DNA from: a virus
Lineage: Duplodnaviria > Caudoviricetes
IMG/VR virus record: IMGVR_UViG_3300025505_000001
Location: 1-51,539 of that record
DNA length: 51,539 bases
Reading direction: 5' to 3' (one strand)
Of this stretch, positions 45,462-51,539 are shown piece by piece. A model generated the notes under the pieces. It saw only the letters and a list, made by a program, of their open reading frames with translations. It was not told the DNA's origin and made no database searches. Position 1 is the stretch's first letter, and each line of letters begins with the position of its first letter. Made by a program: the position numbers and the translations under genes.

Positions 45462-45633
45462 GCCCCTTTCTCCCGTCTCGCACCCTAGTCAATAGGTCAA
45501 TAGCCGCGTCGATGGGGCTCTTACCCGACCCTCCATTCGTAACATAGAAATCATCACAGAAGGCGCGAAAGCCCGCATCGCCTTTGTTGGGCGCGTAGTC
45601 TTCTACATAGGTAAACTGGATTTCGATTTTCAT
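45454..45633 (-). CDS. Hypothetical protein (59 aa), probably leaderless
   Basis: ATG 7 nt after the -10 of a consensus promoter. Confidence 0.6.
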   Translation of the reverse strand: MKIEIQFTYVEDYAPNKGDAGFRAFCDDFYVTNGGSGKSPIDAAIDLLTRVRDGRKGHE

Positions 45634-45639
45634 AAATTG

Positions 45640-45668
45640 ATTATATCATCCTTTCAATTTTTTGTCAA
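45640..45668 (-). promoter_or_regulatory. Consensus sigma70 promoter
   Basis: TTGACA-17 nt-TATAAT with extended TG. Confidence 0.85.
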
Positions 45669-45881
45669 GTCGGCTTCGCCGAAAAATCCTTCACCACTCA
45701 TGTGGCTGAATCGAAACTCCCAACAGACACAGTGCTTGTGCTCATCGAGAATTTCGGAGTGGTAACGACAGGGACGATTTACCTTGAACCCAATCCCGAA
45801 TATCCAAAGGTATCCATCCCCCTGGTGCCAAGACGAACCATGTCCGCATCGGCACCTCGGATACGGTCCTCGGGGAATCAC
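45654..45881 (-). CDS. Small Cys/His-rich protein
   Basis: CRCGH...H...C...CVCWEF. Confidence 0.6.
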   Translation of the reverse strand: MIPRGPYPRCRCGHGSSWHQGDGYLWIFGIGFKVNRPCRYHSEILDEHKHCVCWEFRFSHMSGEGFFGEADLTKN

Positions 45882-46789
45882 GAGGCTCTCCGGTCGAACA
45901 TCACGTTGAGGACTTCGTCGCTAAGGACGTTTCCATAGTATTCAGCAACGCAAACATCCTTGTAAGGGCATCCACCACAAGACTGACCTCCTGTTCGGAT
46001 TTCAGTTCGAGTGTAATAGCCCCTCTTATCAGCCCACTCCACCGTGGCGAGGAGATTGATAAGTTCAGATTCAAAGGTGGCGAGTTCTGCCACAGTCTTA
46101 GCAGGAACCGGGATGCGCTGGAGGTAGTCTTCAACGGCGGTCGAGGCGTTGTTAGCGGCGGGGACTCCTTTCTTGGTGAGCCTAACCTCTCGATGACCGA
46201 AGCCCGGTGGGACTTCTCGGCGTACCCGGTCGAGCATGAAGTCGACAGGTTCACCAAAGACTCTCCATCCAATGTATTGATAGAGCCAGTGTTGGAAGTC
46301 GAGGGGAAGCCAGTCGGTCTCGTCCTTGACGGAGTCGCAGGTTTTTTTGTCCACAACGAGGAGATGCCCCTCATCGCGGACCAAAGCGTCAAACGTCCCC
46401 CGGACGGTCCAGTCTCCGATTTGAACATAGATGGGCTCCTCTACTTTCAGTATCTCGTAACGGTCCTGCATTCCCTTGTGCTGGTACCAAAAATCTAACA
46501 TATCCTCCATCAGGTAGCGGTCTTCATGTGAGAAGGATTCGGGCGGATAATCTTTGTCGTGGTCGTTAAACCCTTTTCCCCAACATTGGATTAGTTCATT
46601 CTGCATGGTCCTTAGAGCAACGTCGGGGTGGGTGCGATACCCAGCCGCCCAAGCCCGGTGCATGACCGTTCCAATCAGCATCTTCCGGTTGATTGCACGG
46701 GTCTCTAGGCCTCGGACCCTCTGGTTGAACGAGCGGTACTGGCAACGCTTGAAGGTCAAGAGGTCGGACATCGAGATATCTTTAGTCAT
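45878..46789 (-). CDS. PD-(D/E)XK Cas4/RecB-like exonuclease
   Basis: ISMS...FKRC; GTVMH; GTFDAL; VVDKKT; CGGCPYKDVC. Confidence 0.88.
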   Translation of the reverse strand: MTKDISMSDLLTFKRCQYRSFNQRVRGLETRAINRKMLIGTVMHRAWAAGYRTHPDVALRTMQNELIQCWGKGFNDHDKDYPPESFSHEDRYLMEDMLDFWYQHKGMQDRYEILKVEEPIYVQIGDWTVRGTFDALVRDEGHLLVVDKKTCDSVKDETDWLPLDFQHWLYQYIGWRVFGEPVDFMLDRVRREVPPGFGHREVRLTKKGVPAANNASTAVEDYLQRIPVPAKTVAELATFESELINLLATVEWADKRGYYTRTEIRTGGQSCGGCPYKDVCVAEYYGNVLSDEVLNVMFDRRAS

Positions 46790-47067
46790 CCTAGAGGGTT
46801 CCTTACATAGCGTTCAATCTGATGTTGTTGCTCCTCGGTTATGCCGACCAATCGGTGACCCCACCAAGCAACCTCTAACTCCGAATCTGTAGTCCAATTC
46901 ATAAACTCCGGGAAGAACATCTCCTTCCATTGAAGCACTTTGACTCCTAGCCCCTGGACGTAGTTCCACAAGTGAGGAGTGATAAAAACATATCTCAGAT
47001 TGGGATTGGGTATCAAGACATGTTCTCTTGGAGACCCCAAGATGTCATTCCAGGAGGTCCTAGCCAT
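46786..47067 (-). CDS. Hypothetical protein
   Basis: Coupled ORF. Confidence 0.6.
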   Translation of the reverse strand: MARTSWNDILGSPREHVLIPNPNLRYVFITPHLWNYVQGLGVKVLQWKEMFFPEFMNWTTDSELEVAWWGHRLVGITEEQQHQIERYVRNPLG

Positions 47068-47290
47068 TGATGTAGACCCGTTTCTGTTCGTCGATGACTA
47101 CGTCTTCCCACTTGAGGAGATACGGCCAGTCTTTGCCAGAGACTCTACGACGTGCTTGGCGAGCGGGCTCCAGAATCTCCTCGACGCCCTTGACCTCTCC
47201 CGTGCATCCACAGCAGGAGGACGAGACCATGACTTCGAGCCCTTGGTTCTCGACTTGCTGTAAGCAACAGATTAGTTCAATGACAGTCAC
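47060..47290 (-). CDS. Hypothetical protein
   Basis: MTVIELICCLQ start; coupled. Confidence 0.6.
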   Translation of the reverse strand: MTVIELICCLQQVENQGLEVMVSSSCCGCTGEVKGVEEILEPARQARRRVSGKDWPYLLKWEDVVIDEQKRVYING

Positions 47291-47639
47291 TGAGAAACTC
47301 CTCGAACGTCTCGACAGGGATATGCCAGAGGGTCGCCCATATCTTCTCGATGTTGGCTCCCTTGGATTTCTCCCAGCCGGGAAGCATCAAGACGATATCG
47401 CAGGTTGATATCTCGCGCAACTCGATGAGCATAATCTCCTGGACTAGCCGCGTTGGAATGTCCTTCGAGTCCTCGTAGCCAGTGATACCGAACTGTCGGT
47501 CGAGTTGGGCCGGGCTACAGACCTCCAGGCCCATCTCTCGGAGAGTTGCCGCACCTTCATCGAAGGCCGCGAAGTTATGCTGGGGGAGCCCCGTCATCGG
47601 GCCAGCGAGGTAGGCCCTATGAATCTTTGGGATTGACAT
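47277..47639 (-). CDS. DUF4406 / nucleoside 2-deoxyribosyltransferase-like protein
   Basis: AYLAGPMTG...NF...CDIVLMLPGWEKSKGANIE. Confidence 0.85.
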   Translation of the reverse strand: MSIPKIHRAYLAGPMTGLPQHNFAAFDEGAATLREMGLEVCSPAQLDRQFGITGYEDSKDIPTRLVQEIMLIELREISTCDIVLMLPGWEKSKGANIEKIWATLWHIPVETFEEFLSDCH

Positions 47640-48090
47640 AATCGTCCAGCCACTTCGCTAAGGTCATCCGGTAGTTGATGGCGTCGAGATGGCTGTCTTC
47701 CTTGTAGTCGCCAATCATCCGAGAGTCTTTCACGTCGCAGAGAGCGGCGACGAGGATGAGACGCTTCTCTTCTTTGCAGATACCGTCCATCCCGATGACC
47801 TTCAGGACATGGTCGAGCATCGTCGTGACTTGGTTCTCAAGGGCCCAAGTGTCCTTGTACTCGCCCTCGCGTTGAGCGAAGACGGCTGAGCACTTGTCCA
47901 TCGTGGCTCGGGCGGCAGAGGGGAAGGCAGGCTCAGGCTCCGCCTCTTTGGTGACGTTGTAGGCGTCTGATTCGATGGTCTCTCCCCATGAAGAAACAGG
48001 GCGCATGATTGCACATCCCATTATACTGCAATAGATATCGTGTTGGGAGTTGTTTGCGAAGACGCAATCCTTGTCGTGTATTAATGCCAT
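47617..48090 (-). CDS. Helical nucleotide-modification-associated (DUF6378/MazG-like) protein
   Basis: QREGEY...KDSR...EDSHLDAINY. Confidence 0.6.
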   Translation of the reverse strand: MALIHDKDCVFANNSQHDIYCSIMGCAIMRPVSSWGETIESDAYNVTKEAEPEPAFPSAARATMDKCSAVFAQREGEYKDTWALENQVTTMLDHVLKVIGMDGICKEEKRLILVAALCDVKDSRMIGDYKEDSHLDAINYRMTLAKWLDDYVNPKDS

Positions 48091-50411
48091 TCTGGTGTTA
48101 CCTCAATGTCGGCGATGATGGGTACGTCAAGCGTGGCCCCAAAGAGTTTTTCGAGTTGAGCGGGAACGTATTGTTCCATCGTTGCTTTGATTATAGCAGA
48201 TACTGTCAAGTCGTTTTCTGGAAGGATTTCTACTCCCAGGGAATCGTGGACCTCGAAGACGATAGCCGCTCGGTACTCCTCATGGAGTCTATTGATTGCC
48301 AGCATAAGCATATCTGAAGCCACCGGGGACACTTTTGCGTTGATGGCTTGACGAAGAGCTTCTTCCCGCTCGCGAGCACCGTTGGCGTATATGTTGGGTA
48401 ATCGTCGGATTCGTCCAAGGCGGCTGACCACTCGACCCGTTGCCTTGAGTTCATCGTTAACGTGACTGTACCAGGGAAAAAACCCGGGCCATCTACGGTG
48501 GAAACTCTCATAGTAATCGTTTGCTTCCTTTTCACTTAGTCGTATGTTGTGCTCAATGAGGGCTTGCTTCCTGAAGGTGTACGGGGTGCCCCCGTAGAGG
48601 AACGCGAAGTTGCTAACCTTCGCACGGGACCGTTCCTCTTTGGTGACTTCCTCGGGGGCCTTACCCGTGATGTCTGCGGCCATCAAGAGATGAACGTCTT
48701 GTCCTTCTTGGTAGGCCTGAAGCATCCGGGTCTCTCTGGCTTCGAACGCCGCAAGCCTGAGTTCGATTTGGCTGTAGTCAGCGATGACAAGAGTCTTCCC
48801 AGGTCCCGCAGTAACGAGACGGCGGATTCTTGGGTCCCGTGGAAGTTGTTGGAGATTTGGACCTCGACAGGAGGTGCGTCCAGTAACTGTGTAGGTAACT
48901 GAATATGAAGGATGAATCCGCCCGTCACCGCCCCTAAGTTTACTGTAAGGCGTGAGGTAGGTCGTGAGGAGTTTGTTTTGCTTCCTGTATTCGAGGAGTG
49001 TATCGAGGACGGGCTCGTCGACGATGCCTTGGAGTTTTTTGAGTTGTTCTTCATCGGTCGATGCTAAGTCCTTGTCGGTCTTGCCTTGAGGAGGGAGTCC
49101 TAGTTTGTCAAATAGGAGTTTTCGGACGTGGGGATGGGAGTTGGGGTTGAACTTTGTGATGCCGAGAAGTAGTGCTTTCGATGTAAGTTCTCCACGCAGT
49201 TCCTCAACTCTTCCAGAAACAACTCGTCCCGCATCTGCAAGGTTGGGCTCCGAGATATAGACACCTCGACGCTGTATCTCGCGAAGAGCACGGCTGGCCG
49301 GAAGCATGACGTAAGAGTATATGTTTCGCGATTTTGGGTCCATCTCTGACCAAAACTTATTAGCAAGCAGGCGAGTGTAACGGCAATCGCGAGCGAGATA
49401 GGTAGCCAGTTCATCTTCCGTGGTTCCTTCCATGTTGTCCCAGTCAATCTCTTTCCAGGGCTTGACGCCTAGATGAGTCGTCGCTAGGATTTCGAGGTTT
49501 CGTTTGCCCTCTTCGTTGAGCAAGAACGACATGAGCATGGTATCGTCAAAGTGGAAATCAATGCCGAAGTGATGACGAAGCACAATACGGTCAAAGAAAG
49601 TAGCGTTGTGTCCCACCAGACGGCGGCCCATCTTCTGTAGCAATACGCACCGCTTAATTGCTTCTCGTAGATGCAATTCATCGTAGACTGTAACGAGTCC
49701 CTCGCCCTCGTCAATGCCGATAAGACGAATGTCGGACGAGTCTCCGAGGCCTCGGGTCTCGATGTCAACTGCCACGAAACCGTCCGGGCACCCCAGTTCA
49801 ACCCAGTCCACCGGACCATTGACCCAGGGGGTTCGGATGTCTTGGTAGCCATCGGTCAGTGCGGCTTTGAACTTGAGGATGTCCTCGAAAATGGACTGGG
49901 TGTATCGAGGGCTTCGAAGGGCCGCCGCAGGATGGATAGTTGGGATAACGCGGCTGAGTGAGCCCTCTCCATATACCTTATGTAAGTCATGCAACTGTCC
50001 ACGATACTTCGAAACCCCGCTCTTCCCCGTGAGGCTTCGTAGGGCAACATTCCCAAGGGAGAGAATGACTTTAGGGCGGACATCTTTTATCTCCTCGATG
50101 AGGTATGGCTTGCAGGCATTGGTCTCTTTGATGCTGGGTTCTCTCTGGGCTCGGCCAACCATAGGTGGCATACATCTAGTGGCATTAGTGAAATATAATT
50201 CATCAGGTTTAAGACCAGCGCGGGAGAGTAGGCTTCGAAGCAGGTCTCCAGTTGGTCCAACAAAGGGACGCCCAAACTTAGCCTCCTGCCAGCCAGGGCC
50301 CTGACCGACGACCATTCCCTTTGCCCCAGAGGGGCCTACGCCCCATACACAGACCGATTGCTTGGCCGAGAGATGCAAGGGACATAGGGCGCACGATGAG
50401 TTACGAGGCAT
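48081..50411 (-). CDS. polA: Family A DNA polymerase with N-terminal family-4 UDG-like domain and 3'-5' exonuclease
   Basis: CxxC, GQGPG, RPFVG, RCMPP, HPAA (UDG); DIET, GHN (exo); TGRTS, PNLQQLP, DYSQIELR, RxxAKxxNF, VHDS (PolA). Confidence 0.95.
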   Translation of the reverse strand: MPRNSSCALCPLHLSAKQSVCVWGVGPSGAKGMVVGQGPGWQEAKFGRPFVGPTGDLLRSLLSRAGLKPDELYFTNATRCMPPMVGRAQREPSIKETNACKPYLIEEIKDVRPKVILSLGNVALRSLTGKSGVSKYRGQLHDLHKVYGEGSLSRVIPTIHPAAALRSPRYTQSIFEDILKFKAALTDGYQDIRTPWVNGPVDWVELGCPDGFVAVDIETRGLGDSSDIRLIGIDEGEGLVTVYDELHLREAIKRCVLLQKMGRRLVGHNATFFDRIVLRHHFGIDFHFDDTMLMSFLLNEEGKRNLEILATTHLGVKPWKEIDWDNMEGTTEDELATYLARDCRYTRLLANKFWSEMDPKSRNIYSYVMLPASRALREIQRRGVYISEPNLADAGRVVSGRVEELRGELTSKALLLGITKFNPNSHPHVRKLLFDKLGLPPQGKTDKDLASTDEEQLKKLQGIVDEPVLDTLLEYRKQNKLLTTYLTPYSKLRGGDGRIHPSYSVTYTVTGRTSCRGPNLQQLPRDPRIRRLVTAGPGKTLVIADYSQIELRLAAFEARETRMLQAYQEGQDVHLLMAADITGKAPEEVTKEERSRAKVSNFAFLYGGTPYTFRKQALIEHNIRLSEKEANDYYESFHRRWPGFFPWYSHVNDELKATGRVVSRLGRIRRLPNIYANGAREREEALRQAINAKVSPVASDMLMLAINRLHEEYRAAIVFEVHDSLGVEILPENDLTVSAIIKATMEQYVPAQLEKLFGATLDVPIIADIEVTPEWH

Positions 50412-50592
50412 GTTGCTCCACGATAGCGGAGACGATGGGGTTCCACCAACGGTCCATTGGGGGGAGACAGTCCTCCGTTACCGTGCCGTCCTGATGGTGA
50501 TGCACGGGCGCGCACTGTCCCGATTCACAACAGCAGGGGCCGTTGAGGGCCCTGATTAAGAGACCCAGCCCGGTTTCATTTAAGTCAAACAT
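50401..50592 (-). CDS. Small Cys/His-rich protein
   Basis: GGAG RBS; CCCESGQC...HHH. Confidence 0.55.
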   Translation of the reverse strand: MFDLNETGLGLLIRALNGPCCCESGQCAPVHHHQDGTVTEDCLPPMDRWWNPIVSAIVEQHAS

Positions 50593-50884
50593 GTTTCTCC
50601 AAATATCTAATAGCACTTCGCAGTATAAGTTTATTGTCCCTGAGGTGCCCAAGGCCTAAATTACACGATGAGCACAGTAGCCCTCGCACCTTCCGAGTCT
50701 TGTGGTCATGGTCTACATGTGCCTTGCTTGTCAAGTCCAAAGGGCGAAAGCAAATGGCGCACTGGTAAGCCTGTCTAAGGAGTAACTCCTTGTACTCGTT
50801 CTTGGTTATCCCGTATAGATGCTTCAAGTGCCTCCATCGGTCCAAGTTTCGTTCGCGTTCGGTTTGACATTTTTTTGGTTTCAT
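50585..50884 (-). CDS. Endonuclease VII family (HNH) nuclease
   Basis: YGIT...QCAIC...HVDHDH...VRGLLCSSCNLGLG. Confidence 0.92.
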   Translation of the reverse strand: MKPKKCQTERERNLDRWRHLKHLYGITKNEYKELLLRQAYQCAICFRPLDLTSKAHVDHDHKTRKVRGLLCSSCNLGLGHLRDNKLILRSAIRYLEKHV

Positions 50885-50892
50885 GCTATACT
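50864..50892 (+). promoter_or_regulatory. Rightward promoter for primase-helicase
   Basis: TTGACA-17 nt-TATACT with extended TG. Confidence 0.8.
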
Positions 50893-50893
50893 C

Positions 50894-50922
50894 ACTATAC
50901 CACAAGTTCGATTTTTTGTCAA
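50894..50922 (-). promoter_or_regulatory. Leftward promoter for the endoVII-polymerase operon
   Basis: TTGACA-17 nt-TATAGT with extended TG. Confidence 0.8.
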
Positions 50923-50960
50923 GCGGCAAAAAAAACGCGGTATATATAGAAGGAAAAATT

Positions 50961-51539
50961 TTGGCGAATTTCGCTTCGCATCAGTTCAACTACTACCGAG
51001 AGTTCGGGCTGACTGTCATACCCGTCCAGGCTGACTCGAAGAAACCCCCGGAATCCTTGAAGTGGAAGAAATTTCTGGGAGGAGATAAGCCGACCGAGGC
51101 CATGTACGCTTGGTGGGCCAAGCAGTGGCCGTCTTGTAACTTTGGAGTCCTGACGGGCTCCTGCAATCGCCTGTTGGTGATAGATGTAGATGAGGCCACC
51201 GATGAAAACCAAGCCTTCATTTCCAAACTCCCTAGAACTAGTGTTGCCAAAACTTCCAAAGGGTACCACTATTACTTCCGTCTACCGGAGGGGCTTGCCC
51301 TCGAAACTAAGATTCGATTTCTCAAAGGCGTTGACTGCAAAGCAGAAGGAGGCTATGTACTGGCACCTCCTAGCATTCACCCAGACGGTTCGGTATATGA
51401 CTGGGTCCTCCCCCTTGTTGACGAAGAGACTGGAGAGACCTATCTAGCCGACTTGCCCGAGTGGGTGATGGAGTTCTTTGCTTCGCAGAAGGGCCTTCTG
51501 GAGTCAACCTCCTACGGGGACGAGCGACTCTGGAAACTG
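50961..51539 (+). CDS. Primase-helicase, N-terminal Prim-Pol (AEP) domain; runs off the window end
   Basis: TTG start after GAAGGA; NFGVLTG, VIDVD, GYHYYF, GVDCK, GGYVLAPPS motifs; absent from the ORF track because it has no stop. Confidence 0.9.
   Translation, partial: MANFASHQFNYYREFGLTVIPVQADSKKPPESLKWKKFLGGDKPTEAMYAWWAKQWPSCNFGVLTGSCNRLLVIDVDEATDENQAFISKLPRTSVAKTSKGYHYYFRLPEGLALETKIRFLKGVDCKAEGGYVLAPPSIHPDGSVYDWVLPLVDEETGETYLADLPEWVMEFFASQKGLLESTSYGDERLWKL
51354..51539 (+). repeat. Diverged terminal direct repeat, copy 2
   Basis: Codon-for-codon counterpart of 1-186. Confidence 0.95.

Noticed and set aside
45878-46789. CRISPR Cas4 adaptation gene
   Set aside because: Stand-alone phage PD-(D/E)XK exonuclease in the usual Sak4-SSB recombination context; no array or cas1.
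1-51539. Diversity-generating retroelement or stop-codon reassignment
   Set aside because: No reverse transcriptase; end-repeat differences are third-position rather than adenine-specific; TAA, TAG and TGA all terminate genes normally.

Overview
The window looks like an essentially complete (~51.4 kb), circularly permuted genome of a tailed dsDNA bacteriophage with podovirus-like organisation. There is no tape-measure protein, integrase or RNA polymerase that I can recognise. It is opened inside a Prim-Pol/primase-helicase gene: the N-terminal part is at 50961-51539 and the C-terminal part at 1-1197. The two ends share a 186-nt (62-codon) direct repeat that is only ~83% identical in DNA but 59/62 identical in protein. 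Modules, in order: (1) a structured non-coding region and an operon of three signal-peptide-bearing, Cys-paired proteins with virion-like domains (1307-6041); (2) a leftward block of small early genes, including an outer-membrane beta-barrel candidate and a cyclic-phosphate-processing receiver domain (6038-14759); (3) a probable genome-end region, two RHH regulators, two tandem GroES, a HAD phosphatase, an M15-type endolysin and holin candidates (15089-20606); (4) terminase, portal, scaffold, capsid, short-tail and ejection genes, with a PurD-like ATP-grasp ligase embedded among them (20606-42930); (5) a leftward replication/recombination block with an atypical tRNA-Pro, DEDD exonuclease, SSB, a circularly permuted Sak4-like ATPase, a Cas4-like nuclease, a UDG-PolA fusion and endonuclease VII (42967-50884). 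All calls come from manual reading and motif recognition; no searches or folding programs were run.
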